Positions 20,333-28,823 of a stretch of DNA of 64,000 nucleotides are shown in pieces. The stretch spans positions 485,597-549,596 of the forward strand of contig CAWIIQ010000001.1 in the NCBI GenBank assembly GCA_963836185.1. Reading direction: 5' to 3'. Position numbers and translations under genes: made by a program. Position 1 is the first letter of the stretch. Every line of letters starts with the position of its first letter. Origin of the DNA: Candidatus Krumholzibacteriia bacterium (GTDB taxonomy: Bacteria; Krumholzibacteriota; Krumholzibacteriia; Krumholzibacteriales; Krumholzibacteriaceae). The notes beneath the pieces were generated by a model, which was not told the origin of the DNA, made no database searches, and saw only the letters and a list, made by a program, of their open reading frames with translations.

Positions 20333-20463
20333 GATCTGAAGAGGATACTACATGGACAGTCTGACTGATTCAATGGGTAATTGAGTTGATGCTGGCACCT
20401 TTTTCGATTATCTTATAGATAAGCGGCACTTCCCGAAATAGAAACAATCCAGGCGGTGATGAA

Positions 20464-20967
20464 ATGAACCTGATCACGGAAATGGGAGCGTTCGCGTTCG
20501 CGAGCAGGCTGATGCGTCTCTCCGAGAGGCTCAAGTCAGAGGTCTCGACGGTCTACCATTCGTGCGGGATGGATTTCGACGATCACTGGTTCCTCGTTGG
20601 GTACATGCTGGCGGACCAGTCCAGCATGACGGTGGCCGACATGGCCTCGCAGCTCGGCGTCGCTCGGCCGCGGATCACCAGGATGATAGAGGAGATGGTC
20701 ACACATGGGCTCGTCAGGCTGGAGAGCGATCCGGAGGAGCCGGGGCAGAAGTGTGTGTCGCTGACCGACGACGGGGAGGAGACGGTCACCGAGTTGAAGG
20801 CGATCTGGCAGGCTGTCGGGGAAGCTACATCCGAGCTTATATCCGAATCACATCCGGAACTTCTCGAGGCGATAACAAAGATGGAGAAAGGCCTCGATGA
20901 CAGGTCCCTTTTCAGCCGCGTCTCGTCCAGGATCAACAGCTGCGAGGACAAGTTCGGCGACGGGTAG
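20464..20967 (+). CDS. MarR-family transcriptional regulator
   Basis: Winged-HTH core 'MTVADMASQLGVARPRITRMIEEMVTHGLVRLESDPEEPGQKCVSLTDDGEE'. Paralogous to 34477..34956. Confidence 0.7.
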   Translation: MNLITEMGAFAFASRLMRLSERLKSEVSTVYHSCGMDFDDHWFLVGYMLADQSSMTVADMASQLGVARPRITRMIEEMVTHGLVRLESDPEEPGQKCVSLTDDGEETVTELKAIWQAVGEATSELISESHPELLEAITKMEKGLDDRSLFSRVSSRINSCEDKFGDG

Positions 20968-21077
20968 GGTTTCGGATTCATTCAACTTCAGTCCAGGTAA
21001 CCGGTTACATTTTAGTGCTTGCAAGGGGGCGCCCTTGTGCCTATTGTCCCACCAGTTTGTGTCGAAACGGGAGGTAG

Positions 21078-22148
21078 ATGGGCCGGATCAGATTAGTCCT
21101 CGCGGATGGAACCCAGTTCAACGGTGAATCATTCGGCGCTCAAAAAGCCGTCAGCGGGGAAGTAGTTTTCAATACCGGGATGGTCGGCTACCCCGAAAGC
21201 CTCACAGATCCTTCATACCGCGGACAGATTCTCGTAATGACATATCCACTCGTCGGTAACTACGGAGTTCCGGGCGATGAGGCCGCCGACGGCATGCGGA
21301 AGTATTTCGAATCGGCGCGTATACAGGCGAGCGGGCTCGTTGTGGCCGAACATTCGACAGAGTACTCGCACTGGAACGCGGTGAAGTCACTTTCCGAATG
21401 GCTTTCGGAGGAGAGGATCCCCGGGATAAGCGGTATCGATACGCGAGCGCTTACCAGGCTCCTGCGGGAACGCGGGACCGTGCCGGGGAAGATCGTTCCG
21501 GCTGATGATCCAGGTTCAGCTGACATCCCCTTCGACGATCCGAATACGCGAAACCTCGTCGCCGAGGTGAGCGTCGGCGAACCGGTCCTCTACAGGCGGG
21601 GGCCGCGCAGGGTGGTGCTCGTCGACTGCGGCACGAAGAACAATATCGTCCGCTCATTCCTCAAAAGAGATATCACTGTCCTCAGGGTGCCTTGGGATCA
21701 TCCTTTCGATGAAGAGGAGGCGGACGGGTTCGTCCTCTCCAACGGCCCCGGTGATCCGAAGATGTGCGTCGAGACGATCGACCGCGCGAGGGAACTCCTC
21801 GGCGGCGATATCCCCGTGCTGGGGATCTGTCTCGGATCGCAGATCATGGCGCTGGCCGCGGGGGCCGATACATACAAGCTGAGGTACGGGCACAGAGGCC
21901 AGAACCAGCCCTGCGTCGAGTCGGGCACGAGGCGGTGCCGCATCACCTCGCAGAACCACGGGTATGCCGTTGACACGCGCACGATCCCGCAGGACTGGCG
22001 GGAGTGGTTCATCAACAGCAACGACGGGACGAACGAGGGGCTGGTGCATATCTCGAAACCGTTCTTCGGCGTGCAGTTCCACCCCGAAGCGTCGCCGGGG
22101 CCGGACGATACGGACTTTATCTTCGACATGTTCGTGAGGGCGCTATGA
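21078..22148 (+). CDS. carA: carbamoyl-phosphate synthase small (glutaminase) subunit
   Basis: 'VFNTGMVGYPESLTDPSYRGQILV', GATase 'LGICLGSQIMALA', '...QFHPEASPGP'. ATGA overlap with carB. Confidence 0.9.
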   Translation: MGRIRLVLADGTQFNGESFGAQKAVSGEVVFNTGMVGYPESLTDPSYRGQILVMTYPLVGNYGVPGDEAADGMRKYFESARIQASGLVVAEHSTEYSHWNAVKSLSEWLSEERIPGISGIDTRALTRLLRERGTVPGKIVPADDPGSADIPFDDPNTRNLVAEVSVGEPVLYRRGPRRVVLVDCGTKNNIVRSFLKRDITVLRVPWDHPFDEEEADGFVLSNGPGDPKMCVETIDRARELLGGDIPVLGICLGSQIMALAAGADTYKLRYGHRGQNQPCVESGTRRCRITSQNHGYAVDTRTIPQDWREWFINSNDGTNEGLVHISKPFFGVQFHPEASPGPDDTDFIFDMFVRAL

Positions 22149-25100
22149 TCGCTGCACGGGAAAAGCAGGTTAAGACGGTCCTGATACTCGGTTCGGGCGC
22201 TATACGTATCGGCCAGGCGGGCGAGTTCGACTACTCGGGCAGCCAGGCGATAAAGGCGCTGAAGGAGGAGGGCGTCAGGACGATCCTTATCAATCCGAAC
22301 ATCGCCACTATACAGACATCGGAGCAGCTAGCCGACGAGGTCTATTTTCTTCCCATCACGGCTGAGTTCGCCGAGAGAGTCATCGAGAAAGAAAGACCCG
22401 ACGGAATCCTCCTCGGATTCGGGGGGCAGACGGCCCTCAACGTAGGTGTCGAGCTCGCCGGTAACGGGGCCCTCGAGCGCCACGGCGTGCGTGTGCTGGG
22501 GACGCCGGTCGAGGCGATACTCAACACCGAGGACAGGGAACTGTTCACCGGCAAGCTGAACGAGATAGGCCTGAAGACTCCTTACGGGAAGGCTGTATCG
22601 AGTGTCGATGAGGCGGTCGCGGCGGCCCGTGAGGTCGGCTATCCGGTGATGTGCCGGATCGCGTACGCGCTCGGCGGCCTCGGATCGGGGATCGCCCGCG
22701 ACGAGAAAGACCTGATCCGCCTGGTGACCAAGGCCCTGTCGCACACCGACCAGGTCCTGGTAGAGGAATACCTCAAGGGGTGGAAAGAGATCGAGTACGA
22801 GGTCGTGCGCGATGAGGACGACAACTGCATCGTCGTCTGCACGATGGAGAACATCGATCCGATGGGGATCCACACCGGGGAGAGCATCGTCGTAGCCCCG
22901 ATGCAGACTCTCAGCGCCCGGGAATATTTCAATCTGCGCAAGATAGCGATTGAAACGATAAGGCACCTCGGGATCGTCGGCGAGTGCAACATACAGTATG
23001 CCCTCGACCCTCACTCGGAGGATTATCGCATAATAGAGGTCAACGCGAGGTTGAGCCGCAGTTCCGCTCTAGCGTCGAAGGCTACCGGCTACCCGCTCGC
23101 CGCTATCGCGGCGAAGCTAGCGCTGGGGCGCAGCCTGACAGAGCTTGAGAACGCCGTGACGAGAAGCACATCGGCATGCTTCGAACCGGCTCTTGACTAT
23201 ATAGTCCTGAAATATCCCCGCTGGGACCTGCAGAAGTTCAAGAACGTAAGCGAGTCGCTCGGCTCCGAGATGAAATCGGTCGGCGAGGTAATGGCGATGG
23301 GGAGGAGTTTCGAGGAGGTCCTGCAGAAGGCGATCCGGATGCTCGATGTGGGAGTGGCGGGACTGAATGGATTCAGGGATTATTTCGACGATATTGACGG
23401 CGAACTCGAGAAACCGACCGACAAGAGGCTCTTCGCGATCGCCGAGGCGATGCGTCGGGGCCGCTCCGTCGACGAGATCGCCGGCCTGACCGGTGTTAAC
23501 AGGTGGTTCCTTCACAAGATCCGGAACATCGTGGATGTGGAGCGCGAGTTTTCCGGCGTCGTCATCGATGATATGGATGAGGAACTGCTCCGCCGGGCGA
23601 AGAAAAAGGGCTTTTCCGATCTCCAGATAGCCGGACTGACCGGATGCTCCGGGGCCGAAGTGCGGGAGAAGAGAAAGAGTCTCTCGATTGAGCCGGTGAT
23701 CAAACAGATTGATACGCTCGCCGCCGAGTACCCGGCGCAGACGAATTACCTATACCTCACATATAACGGCACGGATGACGACATCGAGCTCACGTCGAAA
23801 AACAGCGTGGCAGTGATCGGCGGAGGGCCGTACAGGATCGGATCGTCTGTCGAGTTCGACTGGTGCTGCGTCAACTCGATCCTCACCCTGGCCGATCTCG
23901 GCTACAGCACGGTCATGATCAACTGCAATCCCGAGACGGTCAGCACCGATTACGATATATGCGACAGGCTCTATTTCGAGGAGCTCACGCTTGAGCGGGT
24001 CCTCGACATCTGCGAGAAGGAATCGCCCGCCGGCGTGATCGTTTCGATGGGAGGGCAGATCCCCAACAACATGGCTGCGGCCCTGTCTGAAGCGGGAGTG
24101 GCTGTTCGCGGCACCTCGCCCGGGGACATCAACCGGGCAGAGAACAGGCATGTCTTCTCGCGCCTGCTCGACGAGCTCGGGATCGTACAGCCTCCGTGGA
24201 AGGAGCTCACCAGCCTCGAAGAGGTCGAGGAGTTCGCGGACAGGATCGGGTACCCGGTGCTGATCCGGCCGAGCTTCGTTCTCAGCGGCGCCGCTATGAG
24301 TGTCGCGCTCAACAGGGACGAGCTGGCCGACTATCTCGAGAAGGCTTCGGACCTGGGCAGGGACCATCCCGTCGTCATCACAAAATTCATGACGGGGGCG
24401 AAAGAGATCGATATAGACGCCGTCGGGATGGATGGCGAGCTTTACTGTTATGCGATATCGGAGCATGTCGAGAATGCCGGCGTTCACTCGGGGGACGCAA
24501 CCCTCGTGCTGCCGCCGCAGAGGACCTACCTCGAGACGATGAGAAAGATCAAGACGATCGCCCGCAAGATCGCCCGGGCCCTGAATATCACAGGCCCGTT
24601 CAACATACAGTTCCTCGCCGTGAACAACGACGTCAGCGTGATCGAATGCAATCTGCGCGCTTCGAGGTCGTTCCCCTTCGTATCTAAGGTCTTCAGGATG
24701 AACTTTATCGACCTGGCGACGAGGATCATCATGGGCGAGAAGTTGCCCGGTATCGACAGGTCGTCGTTCGACCTCGACTACGTCGGAGTGAAGGCCCCGC
24801 AGTTTTCGTTCACAAGGCTGAAAGGCTCCGACCCCGTCACTGATGTCGAGATGACATCGACCGGTGAGGTCGCCTGCCTCGGCGACGATTTCAACGAAGC
24901 CTTCCTCAAGAGCCTCCTGTCGGTGGGATTCAGGATACCGGAGAGATCGGTGCTCGTGTCGGCAGGGCCTATCGACACCAAGGCGTACATGCTCGGAAGC
25001 GTCAAGGTCTTCGCCGATGCAGGCCTGAAGCTGTACGCGACCCGCGGTACGGCCGAGTTCCTCGATAAAAACGGGATCGAGGCGGAGATCCTGCGCTGGC

Positions 25101-25345
25101 CCCTGTCGAAGAAGAAGCCGGGAGCGATCGAGTATATCGCCGCGGGGGAAATCGATCTCGTCATCAACATCCCCAAGAACAATGAGCGCGACGAACTGGA
25201 CAACGATTATCTCATCAGGCGCGCCGCGGTCGATTTCGACGTGCCGCTTATCACAAACCGCCAGCTTGCGAAACGGTTCGCCGAAGCCCTGAGCAGCGGA
25301 GCCGCGTCCAGGCTGAAGGCGAAGAGCTGGAAAGAGTATGTCTGA
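22145..25345 (+). CDS. carB: carbamoyl-phosphate synthase large subunit
   Basis: 'KVLILGSGAIRIGQAGEFDYSGSQA', two ATP-grasp halves, an oligomerisation domain and an MGS-like C-terminus. About 1066 aa from the internal ATG (the ORF track's 22004 start is upstream read-through). Confidence 0.9.
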   Translation: MIAAREKQVKTVLILGSGAIRIGQAGEFDYSGSQAIKALKEEGVRTILINPNIATIQTSEQLADEVYFLPITAEFAERVIEKERPDGILLGFGGQTALNVGVELAGNGALERHGVRVLGTPVEAILNTEDRELFTGKLNEIGLKTPYGKAVSSVDEAVAAAREVGYPVMCRIAYALGGLGSGIARDEKDLIRLVTKALSHTDQVLVEEYLKGWKEIEYEVVRDEDDNCIVVCTMENIDPMGIHTGESIVVAPMQTLSAREYFNLRKIAIETIRHLGIVGECNIQYALDPHSEDYRIIEVNARLSRSSALASKATGYPLAAIAAKLALGRSLTELENAVTRSTSACFEPALDYIVLKYPRWDLQKFKNVSESLGSEMKSVGEVMAMGRSFEEVLQKAIRMLDVGVAGLNGFRDYFDDIDGELEKPTDKRLFAIAEAMRRGRSVDEIAGLTGVNRWFLHKIRNIVDVEREFSGVVIDDMDEELLRRAKKKGFSDLQIAGLTGCSGAEVREKRKSLSIEPVIKQIDTLAAEYPAQTNYLYLTYNGTDDDIELTSKNSVAVIGGGPYRIGSSVEFDWCCVNSILTLADLGYSTVMINCNPETVSTDYDICDRLYFEELTLERVLDICEKESPAGVIVSMGGQIPNNMAAALSEAGVAVRGTSPGDINRAENRHVFSRLLDELGIVQPPWKELTSLEEVEEFADRIGYPVLIRPSFVLSGAAMSVALNRDELADYLEKASDLGRDHPVVITKFMTGAKEIDIDAVGMDGELYCYAISEHVENAGVHSGDATLVLPPQRTYLETMRKIKTIARKIARALNITGPFNIQFLAVNNDVSVIECNLRASRSFPFVSKVFRMNFIDLATRIIMGEKLPGIDRSSFDLDYVGVKAPQFSFTRLKGSDPVTDVEMTSTGEVACLGDDFNEAFLKSLLSVGFRIPERSVLVSAGPIDTKAYMLGSVKVFADAGLKLYATRGTAEFLDKNGIEAEILRWPLSKKKPGAIEYIAAGEIDLVINIPKNNERDELDNDYLIRRAAVDFDVPLITNRQLAKRFAEALSSGAASRLKAKSWKEYV

Positions 25346-25355
25346 GGGTCGTCTG

Positions 25356-26774
25356 TCAGGCTTGCTTGAAATCCTCCTTGCGCAGGCCGTAACGCTTCAT
25401 CTTGTCGAACAGGCCTCTCGGGTGTATGCCAGCCATCTTCGCCGCCTCTCCCACTCGCCCATGACTCGCTTTCAGAACTCTCTCGAAGTATGTGCGTTCG
25501 AGGTTCTCCATGACGAGCCGCTTGAGTTCTGGCAGCGGCCTGTCAAGCCATTCGTCCTCGAAGTTCTGTATCAGGCTTTCGAGTGACGATTCCGAAGCCT
25601 GCCCGGCCGCGATGACCTGAGGCAGGTCGGCAGGGACGATCTCGTTCCCGTGACATAGAATCACGGCCCTCTCGAGTACATTGATCAGTTCCCTCACATT
25701 TCCAGGCCATCCGTAACTACTCAGCGCATTAAGGACCTCTTTGGAGATGCCCGTGATGTCTTTTTTCATCCTTACGCTGAGAATGTCGATGTAGTGGGCC
25801 GCCAGGGCAGGGATATCCTCTTTTCTGTTCCTCAATGGCGGCACGGTAAGCGTGATTACGCTGAGCCTGTAGTAGAGATCCTTGCGGAACAGCCCCGTCC
25901 TGATCTCATTTTCGATGTCACGGTTGGTTGCCGCTATGACTCTGGTGTCTACCCACATCGATTTTTCACTGCCCACCGGGCGTACCTCAAAATCCTGGAG
26001 AACGCGCAGCATCTTTGCCTGGAGGTGGATAGGAAGTTCCCCGATCTCATCGAGGAAGATCGTTCCCCCGTGAGCCATTTCGAACGCTCCGCGTCTCGAG
26101 CGCACCGCCCCGGTGAAGGCTCCTTCCTCGTGTCCGAACAGTTCGCTTTCAAGCAGCTGCTCCGGGAGGGAGGTGCAGTTTACCGCGACAAACGGTCCGG
26201 CCGAACGGGGCCCGTGTGAGTGGATGAACCTGGCGAGATGCTCCTTTCCTACGCCAGTTTCTCCCAGGGCCAGTATCGGGGCGCTGCTCGGGACGATCTT
26301 CAAGACCAGGTCCATGAAGATCTGCATCTGGGGTGAGTTGGAAACGAATTCCGCGATCCTGGGATAAGTCGTCTGGTACTTGCCGGAAAGGGGTTTTTCT
26401 GTAAGCTGACGGCGCGATTCGATCGTTGTCTCTATAGCCTCGAGCATGGTCTTCAGCGGCAGACTCGAGTACAGGACCACATCGGCGCCCTGCGCGACCA
26501 GGTTTGCGTTCTCTTCCTGGGATCTGCTGTCATGGAGAATGATCGTCGTGGGATTTTCGGGCAGATCGTTCAGCATCGCAATCGATGATTCTATCGGATT
26601 CGGCATCAGCGAGGAGCTGATTATCACTATATCGCCATTGGTACGTATCGCTTTCTGGAACGGATTCTTCAGGTGCCAGAAGCTTTCAACGGTCAAGTCA
26701 TGCCCCGACAGGTGCTTCCGTATCTTCTTGTCGAGCTCTTCGGTCTTGACGGCGATTACTACTCTCAGCAGCAT
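25356..26774 (-). CDS. sigma-54-dependent transcriptional activator (NtrC/Fis-family enhancer-binding protein) with an atypical N-terminal receiver-like domain
   Basis: AAA+ sigma54-interaction core 'ILALGETGVGKEHLARFIH', 'GAFTGA', 'GTIFLDEIGELP', 'ELINVLERAVIL'. C-terminal Fis-type HTH. The N-terminal domain lacks the canonical DD acidic pocket. Confidence 0.8.
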   Translation of the reverse strand: MLLRVVIAVKTEELDKKIRKHLSGHDLTVESFWHLKNPFQKAIRTNGDIVIISSSLMPNPIESSIAMLNDLPENPTTIILHDSRSQEENANLVAQGADVVLYSSLPLKTMLEAIETTIESRRQLTEKPLSGKYQTTYPRIAEFVSNSPQMQIFMDLVLKIVPSSAPILALGETGVGKEHLARFIHSHGPRSAGPFVAVNCTSLPEQLLESELFGHEEGAFTGAVRSRRGAFEMAHGGTIFLDEIGELPIHLQAKMLRVLQDFEVRPVGSEKSMWVDTRVIAATNRDIENEIRTGLFRKDLYYRLSVITLTVPPLRNRKEDIPALAAHYIDILSVRMKKDITGISKEVLNALSSYGWPGNVRELINVLERAVILCHGNEIVPADLPQVIAAGQASESSLESLIQNFEDEWLDRPLPELKRLVMENLERTYFERVLKASHGRVGEAAKMAGIHPRGLFDKMKRYGLRKEDFKQA

Positions 26775-26995
26775 TTCAGCTCCTTTCCATGAAATAATCA
26801 GTATATATATACCTGTTATCCAGGCCGGCCAATTACATCGTAATATCCTGTATTATACGTCCTTATATGCAATAAATCGTATTCATAAGCCATATCAGAT
26901 TCTGATATGAAGATTAAGGAATGAATAACGGTAACATTATACATGAAAATAGAATTAAAAGGTATAAATATACAGATAATTGAGAATCACCCGGG

Positions 26996-27010
26996 CGGTT
27001 GATTTTGCAT
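26996..27010 (+). promoter_or_regulatory. weak sigma54-like -24/-12 element (cGGttgattttGCat), spacing off by one or two from canonical
   Basis: GG and GC are separated by 10 bp rather than the canonical 12, and the flanks match poorly. Recorded only because the neighbouring gene encodes an enhancer-binding protein. Confidence 0.15.
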
Positions 27011-27169
27011 AACATCTTATCAATCAATAAGATAACGAGATGATACGTTTTCTTGGAAAATGGCTTGTAATATGCGTATACCCCGAATCGATCGTACAAT
27101 CCGCAAGATGGACCCGCGTTTCATATGCGGCGAGGCATTCAGAACGGAAAGGAACAGAGATAGACGGTT

Positions 27170-27388
27170 ATGGATAGCTTATCAAGAAGGCCTGATGATT
27201 CCGATGATCTCGATTTCGGGGATGACTGGTCTGATGATGATTTCATCGATCCAGACGACATTCCACTGCTTCCCACCAAGGAACAGCGCGAACTGGACGA
27301 ATATCTCGAGAGAAAAGAGAAAAAGCGCAAGCTTAAGAAAAGGCGCAAGGAGAAACATGACAGACATCGCGATGGCTGGGATGACTGA
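27170..27388 (+). CDS. hypothetical 72-aa highly charged protein (acidic N-half, Lys/Arg-rich C-half, ending ...DGWDD) in the AT-rich leader of the SpeH-like operon
   Basis: Open frame 'MDSLSRRPDDSDDLDFGDDWSDDDFIDPDDIPLLPTKEQRELDEYLERKEKKRKLKKRRKEKHDRHRDGWDD'. Weak RBS. Codon usage is atypical for the window. It could be non-coding. Confidence 0.25.
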   Translation: MDSLSRRPDDSDDLDFGDDWSDDDFIDPDDIPLLPTKEQRELDEYLERKEKKRKLKKRRKEKHDRHRDGWDD

Positions 27389-27455
27389 AGCAACGGATGT
27401 CCGGGATTCAGTCTCTGAGCCTCTTTCGTACATCGTGAAAGGAAATATCGATCCG

Positions 27456-27854
27456 ATGAAAAACGATGAAACCTGGTTCGGGCAGGGCCGGGAGGCCCCG
27501 GCCGATGTCTGGGGCCTCGCGTCCAGCATAGACATCTACGGATGTGATCCGGATGCTATCAGGGACGCTGACCTGATAAGGAGATTTACCGCCGAGTTGT
27601 GTGATCTCATCGAGATGAAGCGGTTCGGCGAGACACAGGTAGTCCACTTTGGTGAGGATGAGAAGGTCGCGGGGTACTCGATGGTCCAGCTGATAGAGAC
27701 GTCGCTGATCTCAGCTCATTTCGCCAACCAGTCGAATGCCGTATATCTCGACGTGTTCAGCTGTAAATCCTACGACCCCGATACGGTGCGGGAGTTCGCG
27801 CGTAAATATTTCGGCGGGCAGCATACCATCATGAATGTCAACTACAGGCGCTAG
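27456..27854 (+). CDS. pyruvoyl-dependent S-adenosylmethionine decarboxylase / arginine decarboxylase family proenzyme (SpeH-like, about 132 aa)
   Basis: RBS AAAGGAAAT plus ATG at 27456. 'DIYGCDP' (compare SpeH 'ELYGCDP'), 'LIETSLISAHF' (the ES self-cleavage/pyruvoyl site) and 'YLDVFSCK' (compare 'AVDIFTCG'). The ORF-track 27060 start is implausible read-through. Confidence 0.7.
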   Translation: MKNDETWFGQGREAPADVWGLASSIDIYGCDPDAIRDADLIRRFTAELCDLIEMKRFGETQVVHFGEDEKVAGYSMVQLIETSLISAHFANQSNAVYLDVFSCKSYDPDTVREFARKYFGGQHTIMNVNYRR

Positions 27855-27857
27855 GAA

Positions 27858-28823
27858 ATGAATATACGCACGAGCTGCGATCTCGAAGAAGCCGGCAGGG
27901 TCTGGCGTGAACTCTGGCCTGCCGAGGATGTCTTCGATTGCTGGGAAGTACGTGAATGCTTCCAGAAGAGCTTCGGCCGCCCGATTCATTTTATTATTGC
28001 AGAGTCAAACGGCAGACCCGCCGGTTTCATCGGACTCAGCTGGATAGATGAGGAGGGTTACTACGGACAGTTCCCCGGTGAGACATGGAGGGGCAGGACA
28101 TGGTTCGAGCAGAACCGGATCCCAGCCAGCTCCGACATCGTGAGAATGATGCTCTGGGACGCCGCGCCCGGCGACACGAAGCTTCGCTATCTCGTCGCCG
28201 ATTCCGGCGGGCTGCTTCCAGGAAGCACAGTCGATGAGACCGGATATATTTTCCGTCCGCCGCAGTACGGTTACGATTTCGAAAGATACTGGAATGCGTA
28301 TTCCGGCAAATCGCGGAAGAAGATCGGTCGGGAGATCGAAGCTCTGGGAGACCTCACATACTCGTATGACAGAGTTGATTCAGGGGACATCGAGTGGATG
28401 TTCGATACGAACAAGGCGAATTTCGGGGCCGATTCATACTTCGAAGATCCACGGTTTCTCGATGGTTTTGAGTCACTGATCTCGCTTTTATCAGAAAAAG
28501 GCATGCTGCGTGTCTCAAAGGTAAGTCTGAAGGGCAGGCGAGCCGCCGTTGACGTAGGAGCAGTATGCGGGGGACGGTATACAGTGCTGGCGGGGGCCAC
28601 CGACCCGGAACTGCGAGGGGTCGCGAAAGCGATCAACCTTTTTCATATTAAATGGGGATGCCGGTTGCGGGTCGATCAGATCGACTTTCTTTGCGGGGAT
28701 TTTGGATGGAAGAGACGCTTTCACCTCGAGCCGCGTCCCTTATTCCTGTCGACAAAGGCCGTTTCCGGGGCAGCAGTCGTGACTTCGGAAAAGAGAAAGG
28801 TCGAAAGTGTCATCGCATGTTGA
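27858..28823 (+). CDS. FemAB-like / GNAT-fold (Acetyltransf_6-type) acyl- or aminoacyl-transferase
   Basis: 321 aa. Starts 4 bp after the SpeH-like stop. The C-terminal half ('RVSKVSLKGRRAAVDVGAVCGGRYTVLAGATDPE...INLFHIKWGCRL') resembles BioF2-like/FemAB-like GNAT proteins. Assigned from memory of the family, not from a search. Confidence 0.4.
   Translation: MNIRTSCDLEEAGRVWRELWPAEDVFDCWEVRECFQKSFGRPIHFIIAESNGRPAGFIGLSWIDEEGYYGQFPGETWRGRTWFEQNRIPASSDIVRMMLWDAAPGDTKLRYLVADSGGLLPGSTVDETGYIFRPPQYGYDFERYWNAYSGKSRKKIGREIEALGDLTYSYDRVDSGDIEWMFDTNKANFGADSYFEDPRFLDGFESLISLLSEKGMLRVSKVSLKGRRAAVDVGAVCGGRYTVLAGATDPELRGVAKAINLFHIKWGCRLRVDQIDFLCGDFGWKRRFHLEPRPLFLSTKAVSGAAVVTSEKRKVESVIAC

Noticed and set aside
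20441-20460. TGGCAC at about 20441 upstream of marR as a sigma54 -24 element.
   Set aside because: The -12 position reads TCGA rather than TTGC, so it is not a credible sigma54 promoter.
20967-21010. Possible terminator hairpin CAAGGG-GGCG-CCCTTG after marR.
   Set aside because: The stem is short and no T-run follows. I treat it as at most a weak structure.
22004-22144. Upstream extension of carB to an ATG at 22004, overlapping carA.
   Set aside because: The conserved CarB N-terminus (KVLILGSGAIRIGQAGEFDYSGSQA) begins right after the internal ATG at 22145, which forms an ATGA overlap with the carA stop. The extension is read-through of carA's 3' end in another frame.
27060-27455. 264-aa version of the SpeH-like gene starting at 27060.
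   Set aside because: The first about 130 residues are Met-rich, low-complexity sequence with no homology signal. A good RBS plus ATG at 27456 yields a canonical about 132-aa SpeH-sized protein.
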